From: Prevotella sp.
GTDB lineage: Bacteria; Bacteroidota; Bacteroidia; Bacteroidales; Bacteroidaceae
Assembly: GCA_017467705.1 (NCBI GenBank)
Contig: JAFUSC010000016.1
Coordinates: 1,861-65,860, forward strand
Direction of reading: 5' to 3'
Length of the DNA stretch: 64,000 nt
Shown here: positions 53,917 to 63,239 of the stretch, one piece after another
Layout: every line of letters begins with the position of its first letter
How positions within the stretch are numbered: the stretch's first letter is position 1
The notes under the pieces: model-generated
The model's input: the letters and a program-made list of their open reading frames with translations, nothing else
Database searches by the model: none
What the model was told of the DNA's origin: nothing
Position numbers and translations under genes: made by a program

Positions 53917-55122
53917 ATGAATGACGAGCAGTTTAAGCAACACAGACAATATGCGGGCGAGAAAAAGCCATCGATGCTCCGACGGAGAGTCGGGCACGAT
54001 TACGAGTCACGCCGCATCTACTTGATAACGCTGACCGTTGAAGGGCGTCGCCCGCTTTTGGGACGGCTCGTCGGACAGCCAGAGGCGGAGGATGGAGATC
54101 CTCATGCACCACACATAGAGCTGACAGAGCTTGGTGAGCGAGTGCGCGACTGTTGGTTGAACACGTCACGCATCTATCCGCAAATCAGTGTGCTGGCTCT
54201 TCAGGTCATGCCCGACCATTTGCATGGCATCCTTTTTGTCCGGGAACAGCTTGACAGGCACTTAGGGCAGGTCATTAAGGGTTTTAAGACCGGCTGTAAC
54301 AAGGCATACCGGGAGTTAGGCTTCGCACGTGCGAAAAGCACGGAGGCACAGAGCACGGAGAGACAAAGCACGGAGAGCACGGAGGCTGCGAGCACAGAGG
54401 CTGCGACCCTGTCGCAGCAAAGCCGACGACAAAGCCAACAGCAAAGCCTGCCGACGGCCCAGCCGTCATGCCAACAGGCGGAAGCGTCGGGCTATGCTGC
54501 GACCGTGTCGCAGTCATCATCCCTCACCGTTCAGAAGCGTGACCGAAGCCTTGATGACCGCCAGCACGGGCAGCTGTGGGCCATTGGCTATAATGACCAC
54601 ATCCTTTCCGGGGCAGGAGAGTTGGAACGCTGGAAGCAATACTTGAGGGACAACCCTCGCCGTCTGGCCATTCGTCGTGCACATGCAGACTATTTCCGCG
54701 TATGTTTCGGCATAACCATTGGTAAGCAGACCTATGCAGCCATTGGCAACCGGTTCCTGCTACAGTACCCTCGCAAGGCACAGGTGCAGCTGACGCGGAG
54801 CCTGACCGAAGCACAGATACAGGAAAAGGTGGATGATTTCTTGTCGTTAGCACGTTCTGGTGTCGTACTGGTTTCGCCCGCTATCAGCAAAGGGGAACAG
54901 TTAGTCATGCGGGCTGTGCTTGACGCACACCTGCCACTCATCTTCCTGTCACCGTGGGGCTTCAACAGCTATTCACGACCTGGTCATCAGTTTTATGAAG
55001 CCTGTGCAGCAGGGCGATTCCTCATTCTCGCTCCTTGGCCACATGAAAACCGACGCATGCCGCTGACACGTGCTATGTGTCTGGCTTTGAACAGCATGGT
55101 AGAAGAAATCGTTTCAAAATAA
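53917..55122 (+). CDS. RAYT-like (REP-associated, IS200/Y1 HUH) tyrosine nuclease with an additional C-terminal domain
   Basis: YLITLTV, HUH motif VMPDHLHGIL, IKGFK, LW..GYNDHIL, putative catalytic YLRDNP, about 150 extra C-terminal residues. TATCTTTG promoter at 53900-53907. Confidence 0.85.
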   Translation: MNDEQFKQHRQYAGEKKPSMLRRRVGHDYESRRIYLITLTVEGRRPLLGRLVGQPEAEDGDPHAPHIELTELGERVRDCWLNTSRIYPQISVLALQVMPDHLHGILFVREQLDRHLGQVIKGFKTGCNKAYRELGFARAKSTEAQSTERQSTESTEAASTEAATLSQQSRRQSQQQSLPTAQPSCQQAEASGYAATVSQSSSLTVQKRDRSLDDRQHGQLWAIGYNDHILSGAGELERWKQYLRDNPRRLAIRRAHADYFRVCFGITIGKQTYAAIGNRFLLQYPRKAQVQLTRSLTEAQIQEKVDDFLSLARSGVVLVSPAISKGEQLVMRAVLDAHLPLIFLSPWGFNSYSRPGHQFYEACAAGRFLILAPWPHENRRMPLTRAMCLALNSMVEEIVSK

Positions 55123-55139
55123 CCAAACCAATCATGACA

Positions 55140-56429
55140 ATGAAAAAACTATTATTACTGACCTTCATGGCAGCAGCTCTTACGGCCTGCCAGCAGCAAG
55201 AAGAAAAAGCAACCTTCGTCACCGTGGAGAACGGACACTTCGTCCGCGGCGGTAAACCTTATTATTATGTAGGCACCAACTTCTGGTATGGCGCCATTCT
55301 CGGCTCGGAAGGGCAGGGGGGCGACCGTGACCGCCTGTGCCGCGAGCTGGACGAGATGAAACGCATGGGCATTGACAACCTGCGCATCCTCGTCGGCAGC
55401 GATGGTGAACGTGGCGTGAAGACCAAGGTGGAGCCGACGCTGCAAATTCGCCCCGGCGAGTATAACGACACGATTCTGGCCGGCCTTGACTACCTGCTCA
55501 TGGAGATGGGCAAGCGCCAGATGGTGGCCGTGCTCTACCTGAACAACTCGTGGGAATGGAGCGGTGGCTATGGCTTCTACTTAGAGCAGGCAGGTGCAGG
55601 CAAGCAGCCGCGTCCCGATGATGTGGGTTACGGAGCGTTCATGAAAGCCATGAGTGCCTATGCCGACAATGAGAAAGCCCATCAGCTGTTCTACGACTAC
55701 GTGCGCTTCATCCTCGGACGTACCAACCGCTATACGAACGTGAAGTACGTGGACGACCCGGCTATCATGTCGTGGCAGATCGGTAACGAGCCGCGTGCCT
55801 TCGCCACAGAGAAGCTGCCCGCCTTCGAGAAATGGCTGGCCGAAGCCTCGGCACTCATCCGTTCGCTTGACAAGAATCACCTCATCAGCGTGGGCTCAGA
55901 GGGAGCATGGGGATGTGAGAACAGCTATGAGAGCTGGGAACGCATCTGCGCTGACCAGAACATCGACTACTGCAACGTGCATCTGTGGCCCTACAACTGG
56001 GGATGGGCGAAGCCCGACTCGCTCATAGAGCACTTGCCGCGTGCCAAGGAGAACACGAAGGAATACATTGACAAGCATCTGGCCATCTGCGAGAAGCTGC
56101 AGAAGCCGCTGGTCATGGAGGAGTTCGGCTATCCGCGCGACGGCTTCAAGTTCACGCTCGACACACCGACCACCGGCCGCGACGGTTATTATCAGTATGT
56201 CTTCTCGCTCGTGGCTGACAATGCTGAAAAGGGCGGCAAGTTCGCCGGCTGCAACTTCTGGGGATGGGGCGGATTCGCCCAGCCGAAGCACGAACAGTGG
56301 CAGGTGGGCGACGACTACACCAACGACCCGGCACAGGAGGCCCAAGGGCTGAATTCGGTCTTCGCCAGCGACACGACAACGCTCGCTGTCATACGTGAAC
56401 AGGTAGACAGAATGAAGAAAGTCAAATAA
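55140..56429 (+). CDS. GH5 beta-mannanase/mannosidase lipoprotein (GH5_7-like)
   Basis: LTAC lipobox, GTNFWY, NNSWEWSGG, acid/base WQIGNEP, HLWP, nucleophile MEEFG. Confidence 0.88.
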   Translation: MKKLLLLTFMAAALTACQQQEEKATFVTVENGHFVRGGKPYYYVGTNFWYGAILGSEGQGGDRDRLCRELDEMKRMGIDNLRILVGSDGERGVKTKVEPTLQIRPGEYNDTILAGLDYLLMEMGKRQMVAVLYLNNSWEWSGGYGFYLEQAGAGKQPRPDDVGYGAFMKAMSAYADNEKAHQLFYDYVRFILGRTNRYTNVKYVDDPAIMSWQIGNEPRAFATEKLPAFEKWLAEASALIRSLDKNHLISVGSEGAWGCENSYESWERICADQNIDYCNVHLWPYNWGWAKPDSLIEHLPRAKENTKEYIDKHLAICEKLQKPLVMEEFGYPRDGFKFTLDTPTTGRDGYYQYVFSLVADNAEKGGKFAGCNFWGWGGFAQPKHEQWQVGDDYTNDPAQEAQGLNSVFASDTTTLAVIREQVDRMKKVK

Positions 56430-56519
56430 TACAAACATCCGACAACATAATATTATGGTTTGTCGGATTTTTTGTTTATCTTTGCACCTGCTTTAAAACC
56501 TAAAAATAACTACGCTCAA

Positions 56520-57803
56520 ATGAAAAAGTTTTTCGTTCTGTTGCTTGCGCTGACGGCCATGTTGCCCATTGGAGCGCAAATTCGTGGTAACAGTATTCAA
56601 GTGAATGTGGTCCCTGACCATCAGGATTGGACTTATGAGACTGGTCAGACGGCAACGTTTAAGATCAGCGTAACCCGTTCGGCTACGTTGATAGACAACG
56701 TGACGATTGACTATGCCGCAGGTCCTGAGATGTATCAGGATGTGAAGAAAACAGGAGTCGTGCTCAAGGATGGTACTTTGACGCTCAAGGGCAAGATGAC
56801 GAAGCCCGGCTTCTATCGGGTGGACGTGACGGCCCATGTCGGTGGTAAGGAATATAAAGGTGCCTGTGCTGCCGCTTTCTCGCCGGAGAAGCTACAGCCC
56901 TCGACGGTTATGCCGGCTGACTTCGATGCGTTCTGGAAGAACGCCATCGACGAAGCCCGCAAGACCGACCTTGACCCGACGAAGCGCCTGCTGCCTGAAC
57001 GTTGCACAAAGGATGTCAACGTCTATGAAGTGAGCTTCCAGAATGTGCGTTGGGGTTCACGCACTTACGGCATCCTCTGCGTACCGGTCAAGGAAGGCAA
57101 GTATCCCGCCATGCTGCGCGTGCCTGGTGCTGGCGTACGTCCTTATGGCGGTGACGTCTACTCGGCCTCTCAGGGAGTTATCACCCTTGAGATTGGTATT
57201 CACGGCATCCCCGTAACCATGGAACAGTATATTTACGACAACCTGCACAACGGCGCTCTGAACGGCTATTGGGAGTTCGGCATGGACGACCGCGACAAGT
57301 CGTATTATAAGCATGTGGTGCTCGGATGTATCCGCGCCATCGACTATCTGGAGCAATACACCGACTGGAACGGGCAGAAGCTTGCCGTCACGGGTAGCAG
57401 TCAGGGAGGCTTCCTGACGCTGGCCACGGCAGGATTGGACAAGCGTGTCACCTGCTATGCTCCTGTGCATGCAGCCCTCTGTGACCATACGGCTTCGCTG
57501 AAGGGTGTCGCCTGCGGTTGGCCGCATTACTTCTATTGGAACAAAGGCAAGGGACAGGAGAAGCAGATTGAAATGTCGCGCTACTACGACGGCGTGAACT
57601 TCGCACGCCGCATCACCAACGCCCAGAAGGGATGGTTCTCGTTCGGCTATAACGACGACGTGGTGCCCCCGACGACGGCATGGGCCACCTATAACATCGT
57701 GACAGGACCGAAGGAAATCTCTCCCTATCAGGCCACGTGGCACTTCTGGTATCAGGAGCAGTGGGACGAGTGGGAGAACTGGCTGTTGAAGGAATTAAAA
57801 TAA
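56520..57803 (+). CDS. CE7 acetylesterase (acetylxylan/acetylmannan esterase)
   Basis: PADFDAFW, VPGAG, nucleophile elbow GSSQGG, DDVVPPTT. Confidence 0.85.
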   Translation: MKKFFVLLLALTAMLPIGAQIRGNSIQVNVVPDHQDWTYETGQTATFKISVTRSATLIDNVTIDYAAGPEMYQDVKKTGVVLKDGTLTLKGKMTKPGFYRVDVTAHVGGKEYKGACAAAFSPEKLQPSTVMPADFDAFWKNAIDEARKTDLDPTKRLLPERCTKDVNVYEVSFQNVRWGSRTYGILCVPVKEGKYPAMLRVPGAGVRPYGGDVYSASQGVITLEIGIHGIPVTMEQYIYDNLHNGALNGYWEFGMDDRDKSYYKHVVLGCIRAIDYLEQYTDWNGQKLAVTGSSQGGFLTLATAGLDKRVTCYAPVHAALCDHTASLKGVACGWPHYFYWNKGKGQEKQIEMSRYYDGVNFARRITNAQKGWFSFGYNDDVVPPTTAWATYNIVTGPKEISPYQATWHFWYQEQWDEWENWLLKELK

Positions 57804-57811
57804 CAAGCATA

Positions 57812-58927
57812 ATGAAGAAACTATTAACCATTGCATTGGCCGGCGCTATGGTTGCCGCCTGCACAACTACAAAGACAGAAAATGAGCCGACAGGGGCTCA
57901 ACAGTTAAAGGAACGCCTGATTGCCTTGCAGCAGAAGGGTATCATGTACGGACATCAGGATGATCCGTTCTACGGATTGACCTGGGCGTACGACAAAGAC
58001 TCCAGCGACGTGAAGAACGTCTGCGGCGACTATCCTGCCGTGATGGGCTTCGAGCTCGGAGGCATTGAGATGGGTGACGCCAAGAGCTTGGACAGTGTGC
58101 CCTTCACCCGTATTACAGAGGAAATCATCAATCACCATGAGCGTGGTGGCATCATCACCATCAGCTGGCATCCGCGTAACCCCGTGACGACCATCGACGG
58201 TGGTGGTCTTGCCGGACAGAAGTTCCCTGAGGGCACGGCATGGGATGTTACTGATTCAACGGTGGTGAAGCAGATTCTGCCCGGCGGTGCTCAGTATGAG
58301 AAATTCCAGACATGGATGCAGCGCCTCAGCGACTTCTTGGCTACGTTGAAGACGGCTGACGGCAAGAAGATTCCTTGCATCTTCCGTCCGTGGCACGAGA
58401 ACAGCGGCTCATGGTTCTGGTGGGGCGAGAAGCTCTGCACGGTCGAGGAATACAAGGCCCTGTGGAACATGCTTCAGGATAAGCTCACCGCCGACGGCTT
58501 CGACAATCTGGTGTGGGCTTACTCACCCGGCATGGAGGACAACCTGACGGCAGAACGCCTGCTCGTGCGCTATCCCGGCGATGACCGCGTGGATATGATA
58601 GGATTAGACGGCTACCAGTGGAAAGCCGAGGAGGGTCAGCAGTTCATCGAGCGTGGAAAGCAGAACCTCACTGTGCTTTGTGACGTAGCAAAAGAACATC
58701 AGCTGATTCCCGCCCTGACGGAGTGTGGCATGAAGAACATGACTGACCCCACTTGGTGGACATCGACGCTGCTGCCGACGGTCAAGGACTTCCCCATCAG
58801 CTATCTGCTTACATGGCGAAACTATAAGGATGAGTGGTTCGGCCCGTCTACTTCGAAGCCCGACGCTCCCTATTTCCGCGACTTCTATAAGGATGAGAAG
58901 ATTCTCTTCAATAAGGATATTCAATAG
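57812..58927 (+). CDS. GH26 beta-mannanase lipoprotein
   Basis: GHQDD, SWHPRNP, FRPWHENSGSWFWWG, YPGDD.VD..GLDGY, ALTECG, TWRN. Confidence 0.93.
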   Translation: MKKLLTIALAGAMVAACTTTKTENEPTGAQQLKERLIALQQKGIMYGHQDDPFYGLTWAYDKDSSDVKNVCGDYPAVMGFELGGIEMGDAKSLDSVPFTRITEEIINHHERGGIITISWHPRNPVTTIDGGGLAGQKFPEGTAWDVTDSTVVKQILPGGAQYEKFQTWMQRLSDFLATLKTADGKKIPCIFRPWHENSGSWFWWGEKLCTVEEYKALWNMLQDKLTADGFDNLVWAYSPGMEDNLTAERLLVRYPGDDRVDMIGLDGYQWKAEEGQQFIERGKQNLTVLCDVAKEHQLIPALTECGMKNMTDPTWWTSTLLPTVKDFPISYLLTWRNYKDEWFGPSTSKPDAPYFRDFYKDEKILFNKDIQ

Positions 58928-59015
58928 TAGTCAGTAGTCAGTAGACAGTAATCAGTAGTCAGTAGTCTGTAGACAGTAATCAGTAGAAAGTAATAAGTAA
59001 TAAATAGAAATAATC
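58926..59015. repeat. Heptamer tandem repeat AGTAGTC, about 12 units
   Basis: Fills the entire GH26-GH130 spacer, shows a 28-bp higher-order period, and becomes AT-richer toward the ATG. Confidence 0.9.
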
Positions 59016-60182
59016 ATGGATTTTCAAGAGAGAGTAAAAGCACTGCGTGCCCATCATGAGGAGTTGCTGAGCCGCAAGAATGAGCCCGTAGAGTGGGGCA
59101 ATGGTATTTATGACAAGTGGAAGAACCCCATCCTGACCGCTGAGCATACGCCGTTGGAGTGGCGTTATGACTTCTGCGAGCAGGATAATCCCTACCTGAT
59201 GCAGCGCATCATGATGAATGCGACGCTCAATTCGGGTGCCCTCAAGTGGGGCGACAAGTATGTGCTGGTGGTCCGTGTGGAAGGAGCTGACCGCAAGAGC
59301 TTCTTTGCTGTGGCCGAGAGTCCCAACGGTGTGGATAACTTCCGCTTTTGGGAAGAGCCCGTCACGATGCCTGACGACGTGATTCCTGCAACGAACATCT
59401 ACGACATGCGCATCACCCGTCATGAGGATGGTTGGATTTACGGCGTGTTCTGTGCAGAGCGTCATGATGACTCGCAACCCGGCAACCTCAGCGCAGCTAC
59501 GGCTACGGCCGGCATTGCCCGTACGAAGGACCTGAAGACGTGGGAGCGCCTGCCCGACCTGAAGACCAAGAGTCAGCAGCGCAACGTCGTGCTGCATCCC
59601 GAGTTTGTTGACGGCAAGTATGCCTTCTACACCCGTCCGCAGGATGGCTTCATCGACACAGGTTCCGGTGGTGGCATCGGCTGGGCACTTGTTGACGACA
59701 TCACCCATGCTGAGGTGAAGGAAGAGAAGATCATTAACGCCCGTCACTACCACACCATCACGGAGGTGAAGAACGGTGAGGGTCCGCACCCCATCAAGAC
59801 ACCGAAGGGATGGCTGCATCTGGCTCACGGCGTACGTGCTACGGCTGACGGCTTGCGCTACGTATTATATATGTATATGACTTCGCTCGAAGACCCCACC
59901 AAGGTCATCGCACAGCCGGGCGGTTTCTTCCTGGTGCCGCAGGGTGACGAATATCTGGGCGACGTGATGAACGTGGCTTTTGCAAACGGCTGGATTGCTG
60001 ATGTGGACGGTAAGGTGTTCATCTATTACGCATCAGCTGACACTCGCATGCATGTGGCAACATCTACGGTTGACAAGCTCATTGACTACTGTATGAACAC
60101 TCCCGAGGACGGCCTTTACACCGCTGCCAGCGTGGAGACCATCAAGAAGCTGGTGGCTAAGAACCGTGCAAATAAAAAGTAA
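59016..60182 (+). CDS. 4-O-beta-D-mannosyl-D-glucose phosphorylase (GH130)
   Basis: NATLNSGA, RVEGADRKSFFA, YDMR, QQRNVVLHP, YTRPQDGFI, EVKNG, GDVMNVAF, plus operon context. Confidence 0.92.
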   Translation: MDFQERVKALRAHHEELLSRKNEPVEWGNGIYDKWKNPILTAEHTPLEWRYDFCEQDNPYLMQRIMMNATLNSGALKWGDKYVLVVRVEGADRKSFFAVAESPNGVDNFRFWEEPVTMPDDVIPATNIYDMRITRHEDGWIYGVFCAERHDDSQPGNLSAATATAGIARTKDLKTWERLPDLKTKSQQRNVVLHPEFVDGKYAFYTRPQDGFIDTGSGGGIGWALVDDITHAEVKEEKIINARHYHTITEVKNGEGPHPIKTPKGWLHLAHGVRATADGLRYVLYMYMTSLEDPTKVIAQPGGFFLVPQGDEYLGDVMNVAFANGWIADVDGKVFIYYASADTRMHVATSTVDKLIDYCMNTPEDGLYTAASVETIKKLVAKNRANKK

Positions 60183-60212
60183 AAGGTAAACCTGTAAATA
60201 GTAATTATCCTG

Positions 60213-61826
60213 ATGGCAAGTTTAAAAGAAAAAATAGGCTACGCATTGGGTGACGCAGCTGCCGGTGGTATCACATGGAAAATCATGTCCATTGCCTTTC
60301 CGCTGTTCTTTACCAATGTCTTTGGTCTAACAGTTGGCGACACGGCATTATTGATGCTCATTGCCCGCATGTTCGACGTGGTGACTGACCCGCTGATGGG
60401 TTCGTTGGCTGACCGTACGCAGAGCCGCTTCGGCACTTATCGTCCATGGCTCATCTACGGTGCTATTCCGTTCGGTTTAATATTCGCCTTACTGCTTTAC
60501 ACTCCAGACTTTGGTCCTGTTGGTAAACGCATCTATGCCTATACGCTATACTTGTTGATGATGGCAATGTATACGGCAGTTAACGTTCCATACGGTTCTC
60601 TGTTAGGCGTAATGACCGATGACGACAACGAGAAAAACCAGTTCTCCAGTTTCCGCATGGTGGGAGCTTATGCAATGGGATTCATTACCTTATTCGCATT
60701 CCCTTATTTGCAGAAAGTTGTTGGCGGAACAGAGCAACACCAGTATGCCGTGCTGGGTATTTCTTTTGGTGTATTAGCCGCAGTGGGGACATTGGCTTGT
60801 GGTCTGATGACGAAAGAACGTCTGAAACCTGCACGCGCAGAGAAATTCTCTTTCCGTCCCTTTGCTGATCTGGTCAAGAACAAACCTTGGATTTACTTGA
60901 CGCTGATAGGTATCTGTACCAACTTCTTCAATGGCTTCCGCTATGCCGTCGCAGGCTACATGTTTGAATATATCTTAGGTCGTGAAATCACAATTGGTAG
61001 TCTTATTATCAATTATACCGTGTTCATGATGTTCGGCGAGGCTACCTGTATGGTCTTCGGCGGTTTGTCGCCAAAGTTTACTCAGTGGGTTGGCTCAAAG
61101 CGTAAAGCGTTCATGATTGCAGCTATTATTTGTGCTGTGTTCTCTATTGCCTTCTTCTTCGTTCCACGTGACCCTGCTTACATCTGGACTTTGATAGCTA
61201 TCGTTATCCTGACATCGGTCGGTATCGGACTTTATTCTCCGCTATTGTGGTCAATGTATGCCGACGTGGCCGACTATGCTACCGAAAAGAGCGGTACTTC
61301 TTCGACGGGGCTGATATTCTCCAGTGGCACAATGGCACAGAAGTTCGGAACCGCTATCTCAGGGGCATTGGTTGTGCTCTTCCTCGGTAATGCAGGCTTC
61401 AGTTCTGATACGATTTCGCTTGAAGACATGACCGAACCTGTGAAGACTGCAACTGCTCAGAATGGCAAGAGCATTGTTGTTACATCTGTTGCCAAGGACG
61501 GTAAGGTGTCAACGATGAGCATCACAGGTGAAGAGTCAGGTAACTTTGCACAGTGGGCACAGCTCAGTCTGGCCGATAGTGTTGCTAATAGTGGCAAACT
61601 CACAGTCAGTGAGGAGGACATGAAGAGTATTAAGGACCGGGTCTGGACGCTTGCGAATGAGACAGCATTGTCAACAACAGAAAAGGATACGAAGGCGCTG
61701 ACCATGATTGATATTGTTCAGATGGGGCCTGTGCGTGATATGATTTGGTTGATTTTCTCTATCTTCCCCGCAGTTATAGCTGCGTTGATTATTCTGTTGA
61801 CCTATTTATATCCTATTAAGAAATAA
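60213..61826 (+). CDS. GPH/MFS_2 glycoside-cation symporter (mannobiose or mannosylglucose)
   Basis: EKIGYALGD, DVVTDPLMG.LADRT.SRFG.YRPW, VNVPYGSL, WSMYADVADY. Confidence 0.9.
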   Translation: MASLKEKIGYALGDAAAGGITWKIMSIAFPLFFTNVFGLTVGDTALLMLIARMFDVVTDPLMGSLADRTQSRFGTYRPWLIYGAIPFGLIFALLLYTPDFGPVGKRIYAYTLYLLMMAMYTAVNVPYGSLLGVMTDDDNEKNQFSSFRMVGAYAMGFITLFAFPYLQKVVGGTEQHQYAVLGISFGVLAAVGTLACGLMTKERLKPARAEKFSFRPFADLVKNKPWIYLTLIGICTNFFNGFRYAVAGYMFEYILGREITIGSLIINYTVFMMFGEATCMVFGGLSPKFTQWVGSKRKAFMIAAIICAVFSIAFFFVPRDPAYIWTLIAIVILTSVGIGLYSPLLWSMYADVADYATEKSGTSSTGLIFSSGTMAQKFGTAISGALVVLFLGNAGFSSDTISLEDMTEPVKTATAQNGKSIVVTSVAKDGKVSTMSITGEESGNFAQWAQLSLADSVANSGKLTVSEEDMKSIKDRVWTLANETALSTTEKDTKALTMIDIVQMGPVRDMIWLIFSIFPAVIAALIILLTYLYPIKK

Positions 61827-61828
61827 AT

Positions 61829-63118
61829 ATGGACGAAAGAGTTATTACGATGAAACGTGAAATGCAGGATGTTGTGGAGAACAACATCCTGCACTTTTGG
61901 CAGGAAAAGATGGTTGACCGTGAGAACGGCGGCTTCTATGGACGCATTGACGGGCAGGAAGTGTTGCACCCCGACGCAGAGAAGGGTGCCATCCTCAACG
62001 CCCGCATCCTCTGGTCGTTCTCGGCTGCCTATCGGGTGCTGGGCAAACAGGAATATCTTGATATGGCAACGTATGCCAAGGAGTATTTCATTGAGCATTT
62101 CATTGATAAGGAGTATGGTGGCGTCTACTGGAGTGTGGACAGCAAGGGAAACCCGCTTAACACACGCAAGCAGTTCTACGCCATCGGCTTCGCGCTCTAT
62201 GGCATGTCGGAGTATGCACGGGCAACGGGCGACAACGAAGCTCTTGACTATGCGCTTCAGCTCTTTGAATGCATAGAGGAACATGCCTTAGACCATGAGT
62301 ACAACGGCTACATAGAGGCCGTGACGCGCGACTGGCAGCCCATTGCCGATATGCGCCTGTCGGAACTTGATGCCAACTATCCCAAGTCGCAGAACACCCA
62401 TCTGCACATCATTGAGCCCTATGCCAACCTGTATAGATGTCTCAAGGAAATGCGCGCAGCACAATCGTGCGATTACGTGCCGGTGTTAGGGTCTGTCCTT
62501 CCTGTCGGTATCTCCGTGCCTGATGAGACCATCAACAGGGTGGAAGCTGCTCTGCGCAACATCATTGGCATCTTTACCGATAAGATTCTGAACCCCGAGA
62601 CTCATCACCTTGATTTGTTCTTTGACATGGATTGGACGCGTGGTGCCGGACAGCTGGAGAGCTACGGTCACGACATCGAGTGCTCGTGGCTGATGCACGA
62701 GGCTGCATTGGTCTTGGGCGATCCGTATGTGCTGGAGAAGGTAGAGCCCATCGTCCGCATAGTGGCCAAGGCCAGTGCGAAGGGTCTGCGTCCTGACGGC
62801 TCCATGATTCATGAGGCCAACCTCGACACGGGACATGTGGATGATGACCTGCATTGGTGGGTACAGGCAGAGAACGTGGTGGGTTGGTTCAATCTCTATC
62901 AGTACTTCCACGACGAGGATGCACTTGGCAAGGCCGCTCTCTGTTGGGACTATATCAAGAAGAACCTCATAGACTATGAGAACGGCGAATGGCATTGGAG
63001 TCGCCATCCCGACGGCACGCTTAACACCGTTGACGACAAGGCAGGCTTCTGGAAGTGCCCCTATCATAACAGTCGCATGTGTTTAGAAATCATCGAGCGC
63101 ACGGAGCAGTTGTCATGA
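61829..63118 (+). CDS. Cellobiose/mannobiose 2-epimerase (AGE family)
   Basis: NARILWSFS, KQFYA, KSQNTHLH, SYGHDIE, WWVQAE, WKCPYHNSR. Confidence 0.93.
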   Translation: MDERVITMKREMQDVVENNILHFWQEKMVDRENGGFYGRIDGQEVLHPDAEKGAILNARILWSFSAAYRVLGKQEYLDMATYAKEYFIEHFIDKEYGGVYWSVDSKGNPLNTRKQFYAIGFALYGMSEYARATGDNEALDYALQLFECIEEHALDHEYNGYIEAVTRDWQPIADMRLSELDANYPKSQNTHLHIIEPYANLYRCLKEMRAAQSCDYVPVLGSVLPVGISVPDETINRVEAALRNIIGIFTDKILNPETHHLDLFFDMDWTRGAGQLESYGHDIECSWLMHEAALVLGDPYVLEKVEPIVRIVAKASAKGLRPDGSMIHEANLDTGHVDDDLHWWVQAENVVGWFNLYQYFHDEDALGKAALCWDYIKKNLIDYENGEWHWSRHPDGTLNTVDDKAGFWKCPYHNSRMCLEIIERTEQLS

Positions 63119-63145
63119 GCAGCTGTGATGGAGCGTGCATATAAA

Positions 63146-63181
63146 AAGAAGTCCCGGCCAGCAGATGGTCGGGGCTTCTTT
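63146..63181. terminator. Bidirectional terminator
   Basis: AAGAAGTCCCGGCCA...TGGTCGGGGCTTCTT between convergent genes. Confidence 0.7.
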
Positions 63182-63239
63182 GTTCTTGGGGCCGCATGCA
63201 TTAGCGGCAAATGATAAGGACGGAACGGCAGCCGTCTGT

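Noticed and set aside
53917-55122. Active IS200/IS605 element
   Set aside because: No tnpB and no subterminal hairpin pair are visible. The upstream hairpin is explained as the neighbouring gene's terminator.
55140-63118. Mannan cluster as a novel pathway
   Set aside because: GH26, GH130 phosphorylase, symporter and 2-epimerase match the established Bacteroides mannan catabolic pathway.
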